The notes below the pieces were generated by a model. That model did no database searches. It saw nothing but the letters and a program-made list of their open reading frames with translations, and had not been told where the DNA came from. DNA of 63,676 nt, filler included, from Choristocarpus tenellus KU-1152 (taxonomy: Eukaryota; Protista; Phaeophyceae), in assembly GCA_964200185.2 (NCBI GenBank). It is 8 parts of 8 records of this genome, joined end to end, with 100 filler letters (N's around TTAATTAATTAA, not from the genome) between each part and the next. Parts side by side here need not be neighbours in the genome. Positions count along the whole stretch, not along the records: positions 12,141 to 23,456 come from CAXNAD020002387.1; positions 23,557 to 33,283 come from CAXNAD020003451.1; 6 more parts are not named here. One strand, written 5' to 3'. Within the stretch, counting starts at the first letter, position 1, and every line of letters starts with the position of its first letter. The translations under genes and the position numbers were made by a program. Positions 12,330 through 23,770 of the stretch are shown piece by piece.

Positions 12330-12700
12330 TTTTGGTTTTAGGTCAGTTGTTGCCGAGGATAGGGGAGGATGCAAGCGTGAAGCAAACATGCTCTTGTAAA
12401 ACCAAAATTGCTATCATCACCTTGGAACCATTGCTTGATCAGGACCAGAGGGAAAAGGAATTCTCTAAGGGTGTGTACAAGAATGAAAGAGCTCCAGCAA
12501 TGTCTTTACTTCATTTTCCCGAGTTACCGAAAATCGAATCCTCAGGAGTTGCACACAGGATGGCAATAATCATCCGACGTGTCAGGAGTTGGAAATGTAA
12601 AGTGTGATGGAATCCCAAGAAAGTCAGACCATGGCGCAATAAGAACAGATCCCTACAGTACAGACTCTGATTGGTCCTTGTTAGATTGCATCACAAACTC
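12330..12700 (-). mobile_element. Possible Ty3/Gypsy pol remnant (RT-RNase H linker)
   Basis: Decayed motifs LTFLGFH ... VKTLLELF ... TLASSPIL spread across frames. Confidence 0.35.
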
Positions 12701-14214
12701 GACCTTAGCCCTTCACAACCAAAAAATTGAGTGATCGAGCCTCAAATCCTTGAACAGAAGCACCTGAGAGGGACTTGCATCTTACATCATAATGACTGTT
12801 GCTCCTATCCAATCAGATCCATCCAACCAATTGCAACCGAAAGAGCCGTGCCTGTCCCATGTTCTAACCCAAAGTCTACTATTTCAGAAACTAAATGAAA
12901 ACATTTTCTATTACCCAGATTGGTCTGGTTATCACTTGTGTGTCACTTTTTCATCTGTTGATAGCATTGGCATTGCTAGATTAGATGTAAGGTAAACACG
13001 ACTGAGAGAGATGCCCAGAATTGCCCATTGGTCATGTGTCTTACACAAACTACTTGGCCCTATATTGGTGACAAAAATTGCAGGGCTTTTTACCCGACCA
13101 ACAAATTAAAATGGTCCCATCCTCCGACCCAACTGGTCCCACAATTATTTTATGTCCCGATCCATGTCCACTGGGTATTGTGCCAGTCCACGTCCGCTGG
13201 TCGGACCAAGTCTAACGTTCTCTAACATGTCCGCACCATGTCCACTTGGAAATTGCACCTATCCGTGTCCGCCAGCCAGCCAGCCTGCCTAGTTTTTTTC
13301 TTCCATGTCAGGACCACGTCCACTACGTGTTGTACTAGTCCAACAATGGAAAATGTGTACATGTTACTCGTCAACTTACACTCCAGTATGTGCATATAGA
13401 TAGTTCTCTTCCAAACATTGCTGGACTTTCTTGGTTCGAAATAAATGAAAGGTTTAGATTACATAGTTACTCTGTTGACGTTTGACCCTTGTAAAAAACT
13501 CGAATTACATTAATAGTTGGTTCTCATGAAGTGCTTTGTGGAGATACTTGGAGTCTTGTTAGACGAAGAGGTGACCCAGCGCACAGAAGCACTGGTGGAG
13601 TTCAATGTGATGAATATTGTAACATGCTCTGTGAAAAGGCTGATTGAATACCGTAAGGTATGGCACTATTCAGTGTTCTGGACCAGGATAGTGGTGCATG
13701 CTCTGAGTAGAGGCTTGTTCACTTGTGGAAAAATGTGGATGCATTAACTCTGAATATATCCTATCCAGTCGTGTATCGAGGTACTGTTATAGGAGAGTGA
13801 TTCCAAGTCTGAAGAGGGGGTAACACCTCACAATAAAAAACCTTTATAACTAGATGTCAGGGTTATTTGATCTACTAGAAAAATATGTAAGAGACTCAAG
13901 TCTAATTTCTAGTCGACTCATGTGTGTGACCTGCTGACTGAGTTTTCATGTCGAAGAACATCTACCAAATCCAGTGATCAAACTTGCAATAACCATGCAG
14001 AGCGGAACGGTAAATCGTGATCATTTAACGGGGAGGTGCATACTACACACTAAGGGATGCTATTATGCCTTCTGACATTATGCAGGTGTGCCCAGCAAAA
14101 GACAAACTAATATCACAAGGATCTCTGTAAAAATAACAGCTGTAAGTATGTAAGTGATAAATCTCCAAAAGCTCTGGATTCTTTGAAAAGTTAGCAATTA
14201 CAACTTTACGTTTA

Positions 14215-15065
14215 CACTGCTGCTATGCCTCTAACCTAGCATAGCCCTACACAAGTGGGTGAGGAGCTAGAGAAGCATCTCAAGAATCTGACAGGGTCCT
14301 TCTTACACGCCTTCCTGGTGTCTCTAGCTTCAAACGCATGCCGAGTCTCAAGTCACTTTGTATTCAAGGACACCATCTGTTGTAAGCGGGACTTGACAAC
14401 CCTTCTCCTGCCATAACCTCCCGTCCCTCTCCCCCCATTCCATGTGTAGCCAACTCGTCTGAAAGGCGTTCCGTTTGCTTTCCGAGGTGCCCAAAACATT
14501 CCACCACGAAGGTGTTGAGGTTAAAACTATGAGGGTAAAAATAATATAGTGGGTGATCTTTCGCGCCTCAGCTGCAGCATCAACTACACCATTGCTGGTG
14601 GATGAGTGGGGTAGATGGGAGGGTGAATGCACTTATACAAACGTAACATCTAGGAGAAAGAGGCCTTTGTCCTGGTAGGGTAGCCAAGCCAACGTCCGCA
14701 AGTGCCCCAGCATGTAAGACCACATCCACGCGGAAATTCCAGTCCTCTCTGAATGGGCTACCATTTTTCATAGCGCAAGAGATGTCCATTCCTTTGCAGA
14801 GTTGACCTAGACACTTAACCATTGGCGTGTGCTGGCGTACCTATCCTCCTGCCCTAGGGCAGGTACGAGCACGCCACTTGTTGACAATATGCCTACTGCA
14901 CCCTCCACGTGGTACCTGTTGGATAGGGCCTCGTCCTCCCCTAGAGATCTGCTGGCAGTGAGTCTAAATTCTATGGAAGGGATCTGGCATGCTGATTCCA
15001 GGGACTTTGTGGTGGCTCATTCATTGGCCCCTTGTCCACCCTAGCTTGGGTGGCTGACCAGGGCT
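14215..15065 (-). mobile_element. CRE-like element RLE domain fragment
   Basis: MVKCLGQLCKGMDISCAMKNGSPFREDWNFRVDVVLHAGALAD..., SHLPHSSTSNGVVDAAAEARK. Confidence 0.8.
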
Positions 15066-15224
15066 AGCTAAGAATTTTCCCCAAGGAATCGTAGTTGTAG
15101 ATGGACCAATGGTTGGCACTATTAGTTGATGGTACCGAAGTGCATCTATAAATTATCACTCTCCAGAGACGTGTCATACGCTTCAAACCAGAAATTCCAG
15201 GTAGATGGGCAAGAAAGGTTCTGT

Positions 15225-15850
15225 CAGTCTCTTGGAAGACTTCCCTAGCTCCTCGCCCACTTGCGTAGGGCTAAGCTAGGTTGGAGGCATAACAGCAAAG
15301 TACACATAACATTGTAATTACCAACCTTTAAGGGAGTGTTGCCGTATAGCTGGTATTCAAATGGTACATAGATCTTTGAGAGATATCTATCACATTTACG
15401 AAAAGTGAAAGTTTCCTGTCTATTATCTATTTACTATTTGACTACCAGCCATGCTACACCACTCCCCTCTTATACCTCCACCTAGCTTAGCCCTAAACGA
15501 CAGGACGGGAGCAGCTAGGGAAGCACCTCAAGAATCTGACAGGCCCGTGGTGTCTCCAACTTAAAACGCATGACACGTCTTGATAGAGCCACTTTTGTTG
15601 TGACAGGCGCTATCTGTCGTAAACGGGATTTGACAGCTCCTTTCCTGCTGTAGCCTCCCACCCCTACTGCATGTGTAAGTATTAGAGGGCATAATAATGT
15701 AATATGTAAATTCCTAATGCACTGGCCAACGGTCGACACTAGTAATATTGTATTATTAGCCCTCTGGCATTGTATTATTAGCCAAACCAATATCATAAGG
15801 ACCCCAGTAAAAGTAACAGTTGTCGTAAATGTGAAAGATATCTGTCGACA
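15225..15850. mobile_element. Cluster of CRE-like 3' end fragments (both strands)
   Basis: Plus-strand piece ~15225-15300; minus-strand GAVKSRLRQIAPVTTKVALSRRVMRFKLETP plus UTR at ~15390-15680; tail pieces at 15684-15850. Confidence 0.7.
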
Positions 15851-17269
15851 CTAGCGTTAATAGTACTGAACTGTATGTAGGAATCATAGAGAGAGTAGGG
15901 TATGTTTGAACAACCCTTGTTGGATGAGTGTCAAAATACAGCAGTAGTCGTGCATAGTATCAAAATATATCTTGAGGTCACAAATCACCTCAGTGGTCCA
16001 AACAACAAATACACAACAATATACATATATATATATACATTCATTTTTATTTTCTCTAAATTGGTCAAATATATAGTAATATACATAGGACACGAAGCAG
16101 GGTATTTTGTTACATTGGTTTGGCTTTTCCCCTTATATTTACACAAGATACAAGTAGAGTGAATGGTAAATAGGGAGGCATGACCATGACGTGCACACCC
16201 TGAGTGTCAAAAAAATATTACTTAGGTGACCACTGATAAAAAATGTTCTATATGATAACTTGATCGAGTGCATGGGTCACTGCTTAACATGATGAGGACC
16301 ACCAACCAGCCATATACAACCAAGCTGGAACATGACCGATTCCGTGGCCGCATCTACTCGACATGTCCAGGACGGCCAGCTGGTCGCGTAACACAAAGTT
16401 CGAACATGACCAAATCCATAGTCATCGACCGCTTCAACGTGTCTGGGCCATGGGTTGGGACGCCACCACATGACCGACAGTGGACATGGTAACTGCCCAG
16501 CCTGGTGAAAGCTCCGAAAAACTACACTCGAGAATTACTACATAGAAAAATTTGGGAATAATAATTCTACCCAGGAAATATTTGAACATGAACTTCGATG
16601 GGGTGGCGCTTTGGGTTTCATGGGCAATTTAGCCTAGAAGCGAAAACGTCAATGCCGACAACTGTTTGATGCGGTTGGATTTTGAAAGAAGATTAGTTTT
16701 GGTCATTTGTTGGATGAACGACGGTAGGGCCCTTGGCCCCTATTTATGTTGGGCTGTAATGTTGGACCTTGACTCATTAAGCCTTAGAAAGGTGATTTCT
16801 ATAGGGATTGCATGAGATCCTGTCAGCGTTCAGCCTAGTCAATCATACTGTTCTTTCAGCAACTGATACAATATTTTTCACTCTCATCAGGTAAGAATGA
16901 GATTGATGATAAAAAGCCATCAGTTTCTTCCTTTGAGGTCCCTTCACCTTGAACGCGTTATATAGTCGACCACTATGAACAAGATAAAACGGGACCCAAA
17001 CGATCTATTGATAACCAGTTATATATATACAGATATATTACATTGGGATCTGGTTATTCATCGATCGCTTGTCCCATTTGACCTTTTCGTGGTCTTATCA
17101 GAAATTTGGGACTATCGCGTAGAGAACGCTAGCAGTCGGAGTAGTCTATTGACAACCAATTGACCCCCTTCACCTTGTGTATTGCGAAACAAAGCATTAT
17201 TATTAGGTGCTATGTATTACTGCGCGAAGTAGGTATATTGTTATTATTGGGAGTCCTCCCTAAACAACA

Positions 17270-17930
17270 TACATCCCAAGAATCTGACACGCCCTTTCTT
17301 GCCCACCTTCTTGGTGTCTCTAGCTTCAAACGCATGGTGTGTCTTGAGAGAGCCACTTGTGCAGTGACAGACACTATATGCCTCAAACGGGACGTGACAG
17401 TCCCTCTCCCCCCTACTGCCTGGGTGGCTAACTCATACAAGGACATTTCTGTTGCTTTCCAAGGTGCCCAAAATTTCCACTGTGAACATTTTGAGAATAA
17501 TAATACAAGGGCCAAAAGGGCCCTCAAAGTGGGTACGCTTTCGTCCCTTAATTTCAGTAGCATCTACATCGTTGCTGGTGGATGATTGTGGCAGATGACA
17601 GACGACTTGGACTTATACAAAAGCCACATCCAGAAGGAGGTCTTTGTCCCCGTAGGGAGCTGAGTCAATGTCTGAGAGCCCCCCAGCATGGAACACTACA
17701 TCCATGTGGAAGTTCTTGCCCACTACAAAAGGACTGCCATCATATATAGTGCAAGGGACGCCCATTCCCCTGCAGAGTTGACCCAGACGTTTCACCATCG
17801 GTTTGTGTTGCCGCATTTGTCCTCCTGCCCTTGGGAAGGTGCGGGTAAGGTGGGTGTCGACGTTATGGCTCCTGCACCTGGCCACCAGGTACCTGCTGGA
17901 TGGGACCTCCTCCCTCCCTAGAGATCTGTA
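17270..17930 (-). mobile_element. CRE-like element RLE domain fragment
   Basis: RQHKPMVKRLGQLCRGMGVPC...FHMDVVFHAGG...LLLDV; IVSVTAQVALSRHTMRLKLETP. Confidence 0.8.
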
Positions 17931-20562
17931 AAGGTGAGTGTAACGCCTGAAACCCTATGTTTTGCAAGAAATTAAGTATTGGGGGGTGGAAGTAACACTT
18001 CCAAAGAAATACAACAACACAACAGCATAATCCAGAGTAGTTCAAATAATGGAGTTGAGGTATGATGGAGGATATGGAAAATCGGTGATTACATGTCATG
18101 AATCGAGAGAGGCATGGATGGATGCCTCTATTTACACCATACTACTGCTCAAGAGTCTAGGAACTGTTGTGTCTTGACTGTAGGAGACGAGGAGAGGTGG
18201 TGCCAACATTCTTGATGCAAAATCTCCTTTTTGAGAGTATGTGCCATATATATATATTGTACGTCACACACCAGAATCACTTCACACTAGTACAAGAGTA
18301 TAGCGTATGCTCTTTCTTTAACAATTCGTTCAGTTTTTTCGTCTGACTGCATCTGTGTACATATCACTGGACCTTTTTTTCTTACACATACCCACTAGAG
18401 CCTGAAGATACATCACTGTCGAGGGATCTCCAGATCCTTACAATGAAAAGAAGTTTTACCCAAAGTTTTAGATCTCTTGCGAAGCTCGCACTCTCGTTTT
18501 ATAGTATCCTTCAGAAAATATTTAATTATCCAAACATGGATTTTAAATATTCGCATCTATTAATATTTGCCATCTCTAAATCCTAACAACAACAGAATAT
18601 CCTTACATGATCACATAATATATCTCCAATTTCAATCTTCAGCCCCTCAACCCTACTTCAACACTGTTCCGAACAATAGTGACATTATGTAGACTAGCAT
18701 GTAAAAGCACACTATTTCCTTTACAATGTGTACAGAAGTTAAAATTATACCCTCCAACGGGACGAATCAGAGTGGGGGGTGCTTGCTATTGGGGGTTCTC
18801 GTGAAGCATTGGTCCAGTTGGACAGGTCAATCCAAGCAATTTGTCAAACACAACCCGAGGGCGGGTCAAAACCGAGAGGCCTTCCATACAGTTGTTGATA
18901 AATCTGGTATACAGGCGAACATGAAACAATGTAATCTACAATGTAATGGCACCTATATATCTACAATAGGATTTCATCCCTCCGTACCATAGGTCCTTTT
19001 TTATCAAGTGGACACAGCTGCCACCATTACAAATATCCCCTCAGAACATGCTCTTGGTATTTTTTTGTCAGTATGACAACCTGTTCCACTCCCTGAAATG
19101 ACAGTGTTTTTTAGTACATTGAAAATTAGCAACCAAGACTGTTACACCTACTCACCAATTTCGTGTTCTGAATGGTGTTGATCACTGGTTTTATCCTGAT
19201 ATCAACTTCTAAGGCGCATTTATCCAATGTTCCATTTCAAATATTACTACTTGGTCAACACCTTCACCAACACACATGACCTCTTCACATATATCCCCTA
19301 CCTGCCATCCATACTACAACTAGAACAACTCCTGCCCTGCTACCAATCTGCCCCTTCCCTATCTGCCTATTGTTGTATCAGGTTCATGGGTTGGCCTGAA
19401 CCAAACGGGGAAAGTTTTTCCTCAATTACGGAATATTGATTATTACAACAAGTAGGAAATAGAGTAAATCGATCAAGCATCTTGGATGGTGGATTTAATG
19501 GGTTTTGGGGGATTTTTTTTTGTGGAGGGAACTACAACTCCTCAACCCACTTCCCTTACCCTTGGCCACCAGAATATAGCCACCCTCAATAGAATAACAA
19601 ATCTTGAGTGCCTATTGCTCCGTCATTGGCTCGCCTACCCAACTCTCCTATCCTCCATTGAAATATCACTATTAATATAATTATTACAATTAACCCCATT
19701 GATATTATGATTATTAACATTATTATTTTTATTATGATGATGAGTATTCTGGTTGTAATTCTGGTTATGGTGATTGTGGAAGAGTCAAGGTGTCGAAGCT
19801 CTTAACAAAACAAGGCAATCACAATCACCAGACTGAACTCTTTCACCTCAGAAGGTGGGACCGAGTTTCACACATGTTGGCCCAGCATCTCAAAGTCAGT
19901 TGAGGAAATCCAGAACAGAACAAAAACCTTAATACACAACAAATGTCGCAGAATGACTGAGGAAAGTCAGAGCAAAGAAATGGATCAGTCAGAATCGGAA
20001 TGGATTTTTGTTCTGACAGTCCTTCTGACTGTTTGCTCAAATCTGGATGTTATGGATGTGTCTGGTTTTTTGGGCTGGTCGTATGTGGCAAGTTCCAACG
20101 ACGTGCTTGATGCGCGCATATGTATATCACAATGCGTCATATCCACAAAATGTTCATGTGTGAGATCCCAGAACAGGAATCTGCCCTTGGCATGATTATG
20201 ATTATGAATATTCTGATTATGATAGTTCTGATTTTGAATATTATTACGATTGTGGAAATGTCAAAGGTGTCAAGTTCTCTGCTCAAGCGGGTAAACATCA
20301 CCACGGTTAAGAAGGTTCCGGGCAGGTTCCGCACCGTGCACGCAATCACCCTCATGTACACAGTGGATCTCCTGATACATGAGGTGACCGCCCCAAGGCT
20401 GGAGGGTGGGATACCAACCATAGGGGTCATCAGAGCGTCCAAAGTCTTCCACATGATCTCTGGCCTCTTACTGGCAAATGATCGAAAGTTCTCGAGGGAG
20501 GAAAGATTTGCCTGGGTGGCATCAGGGAACATCCAAGAGCTGGTAGCATGGGTACTACTAGA

Positions 20563-20821
20563 GAATGAAAGTATCTTAGAGGGTACGAGTTTTGCCATGT
20601 TTGTTCATTTGGGGCTTGACTTCCCATTGGTTCTTTTATGACTTTTTCCTGCTCCAAAATGTTTAGGAGTAGGTAAGGTGTATATGTTAAGAAGAGGTAT
20701 GTCCGGAACATGGATATTGACACCTCCTAATAAACACGATACCCCAAATTACATCAAATTCGCAACATTGGATTTTGACCCCCAAGTGGACGCAGCTCTA
20801 CCCTCTAAGATACTTCGGGTC
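20563..20821 (-). mobile_element. MITE family B inserted in CRE element
   Basis: Family B TIRs; TSD TAGA; interrupts the CRE reading frame. Confidence 0.9.
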
Positions 20822-22207
20822 TAGAACGACCCCAGACGACCAGCAGACGTAGAGAGGCTCCTTGAGAGGACCGCAAATCCCGCCAGGAACGTGGTGTAGC
20901 TTTGGGTCACCACCATGGAGGGATCTCCAAGGGGGCGAGTGTGCTCCTAGCACAACCCAGAGCCCCGGGGACAGAAGAGACTATCAGTTTGCTCGTCCCC
21001 AAACACCCGAGTGAGAACCAGGATGAGCTTAGGCAGGCCATCACAGAGGCAAAAGACAGGGCACAAGGGAGTTCAAGATCTGGGGAACAAAGGTACCCCC
21101 CCCCAGAAGGGGAGTACACCCTCACCTCCCTTCGAACGAGCTTCATGCGGGTAAACAGCAACTCTGCACCAGGCCCCGATGGGATGCGCCCTAGCCACAT
21201 CAGATCAGCTATCACGACAGATTTTGGTCACGAAGAAGTGGTGGAGGCGTTAGCAAAACTATGGGAGGTTGCCCACACCTCCCCAGACTCTTTACCCCTG
21301 GAGTTCTGGACACTTCACACAAACTCCAGACTGTCCACAAGTGGGGAGAAGTGTCGCCTGGTCGCCTGCGGGTCTTTGTTCAGAAGGGCATATGCTTCAG
21401 CTTTCTGCTCAGACTAGCGCCTCTACCTGGAGGAACTTTTCGGTGGTGTAGGACAATTTGGCGTCGGGGTCCCAAATGGAGTAGAGCGTGCACTCCTAGA
21501 TATCCGCCTAAGGAATGAGTGTGGAGAATGGATCATCAGTCTAGGCGAAAGAAATGCTTTCAACAGTGTGCGCTGCTCAGCTTTCATGAAGGCTCTCCCA
21601 GAGACTCTACCAGGACTCCTGCCTTATGTCTCCAAGGTATATGGGGACACCCGAAACCTTATTTCCCCCGTGGATGAGGGAGGGATGAAGATCCTGACAT
21701 CAAGATCAGGGGCACAACAGGGAGACCCCCTTGGCCCCCTCTTGTATTGAATGGTAACACATAAGGCGCTACAGCAAGTCCAATCTTCTTTTGGACCCCA
21801 AGTGAATCTCCTCCCGGAGCTATCTAGACAACACGTCCATATCTGCAAGGGATATCGGCCCTAACACCATAAATGCTTTCGAGTAGTTAAAAACTGACCT
21901 CCATGAGGTATGCATTGATTTGAATATAGACAAGACCTTTGCCGCACCTCCCCAGGGCCACCAACCCATGCCCTCAGAACTGGAGCTGCCGTAGGAATCA
22001 ACCTAGCCCAGAACCCCAATGGTTTTGTCACATTGGGGGCTTCTGTGGGAACAGATGGCTTTATCCAAGCACATATGGCTGACGCGATCGAGAGCTCTGG
22101 GACACGAACTTTGGCCACACACCTCAGCGAGATGGAGGACAAACAGTTGACCTGGCTCCTCAATTCCTGGTCCCTCTCCTCCTGCATAGGCTATCTTGCG
22201 AGTGTCA

Positions 22208-22388
22208 GACCCAAAGTATCTGGGGGGGGGTGGGGGAGTCTGCACCAGGGTGTCCATTTGGGTCATAACCAGGAAACGTGCACTTACATTATCCATCCGA
22301 TGTATGCAATCAAATAACCAAAAAATCGCAAGATGAAAAAATTGCCCCCAAATGGACAGCCGCTACCCCTTCTCAGATACTTGGAGTC
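22208..22388 (+). mobile_element. MITE family C inserted in CRE element
   Basis: TIR GACCCAAAGTATCTG / CAGATACTTGGAGTC; TSD GTCA. Confidence 0.9.
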
Positions 22389-22967
22389 GTCACTCCCTCC
22401 CTCCTGGAACGCTCCACCATGGAGCAAGCAGATAACACCTCATTATGGACACTAGAGATTATAATGGAGGTAGCAGACTCAACAGAGGCGACGGATTTCT
22501 TTGAGGGAGGGTGTAACATGACAGGCGAATAGCGCGAGCATTTCTTGTCGTGTTCTAGAAAGCGCGAGCAGTATGAGATTAGTAGCACATAGGTAGCCTT
22601 ACAGAATAAATGCTGATTTCTTAGAAGATGCAGAGTAGGATTCGTAATGCATACGTAACCTTACAGAAGAAGCGTCAAAATTCCTAGAAGTTGCAGAATA
22701 AAGGTTTATGATTGGAGTATGTATACAGCCGTTTGCAGATGTCTTACAGCTTATAGTCTACAGAAATCGAGTGGATGATCAAAATAAAAAAAAAGGGCCT
22801 TTGGACACGATCCATTATCCCTCGTTCAGTATTTGATCTTGAACGAAACATTATGTCAAACTTTGAGCTATGCACTGAGTGGAGTATCAAGAGAAGATAG
22901 TCTGAAACTCAAGAAACCGTTATCAAGGGCAAGGCCCCCATAGCGTCGTTTTAAGGTCGTTAGATTT

Positions 22968-23413
22968 GGCCCAAATTATCTGGGGGGAGGTGGCGGCTGT
23001 CCGTTTGGGGTCAATTTTTTCATATCGTGATTTTTGGGTGATTTGGTTGCATACGTCGAATGGATAAGAGGGAAAGTATCTTAGAGGGTACGAGTTTTTT
23101 CCTGTTTGTCCATTTGGGACTTAACTGCCCACATGTTTTTTATGACATTTTTACCTACTCCAGAATATTTCGGAGTAGGTAAAATGTATACATTATGAAA
23201 AGGAGTGTCCGGAACAAGGATATTGACATCTCCCAACAAAAATGATAGCCAAGATTACATCAGAATTAAAACATTGGATTTTGGCCCCCGAATGGACGCG
23301 GCTCTACCCTCTAAGATACTTTGGCTCTAATGTAAATGCACCTTTCCTGGTTCTGGCCCAAATGGACACCCTGGTGTAGACCCCTCCCACCCCCTCCCCA
23401 GATACTTTGGGTC
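22968..23413 (-). mobile_element. MITE family C (carrying nested B) inserted in repeat D
   Basis: TSD TTT; the empty site GGATTTGAGTTGTACATCC is seen in the paralogous D copy at ~28308. Confidence 0.9.
23068..23327 (-). mobile_element. MITE family B nested in MITE family C
   Basis: Family B TIRs; TSD TAA, confirmed against uninterrupted C copies. Confidence 0.92.
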
Positions 23414-23770
23414 TTTGAGTTGTACATCCTGCAGAGGTGAGTTCTGGAGCGTGTTGNNNNNNNNNNNNNNNNNNNNNNNNNNNNNNNNNNNNNNNNNNNN
23501 TTAATTAATTAANNNNNNNNNNNNNNNNNNNNNNNNNNNNNNNNNNNNNNNNNNNNATGAGTACTCTATCTCACTGCGCATATATATATATTATTATTAT
23601 TATTATTAACAATATTATTGTTACTATTATTACTAATATTAACATTAAAGATTGCTCTGCTCCACAGTAAACTCTGCTTCACACCCTGCTGCTACAGCTT
23701 CGAAGGGCCCAACACCATCTTCACCACGCAAAGGCTTGCGAAGGCGTGTACCTCCCTCCCATCCCCCCAC

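Larger units (their letters stand above)
19700..22510 (+). mobile_element. CRE-clade (RLE-type) non-LTR retrotransposon, degenerate RT region
   Basis: RT motifs SAPGPDGMRPSHI, EKCRLVACGSLFRR, GQFGVGVPNGVE, RNAFNSV and SRSGAQQGDPLGPLLY, with stops and frameshifts. Interrupted by MITEs at 20563-20821 and 22208-22388. Confidence 0.85.
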
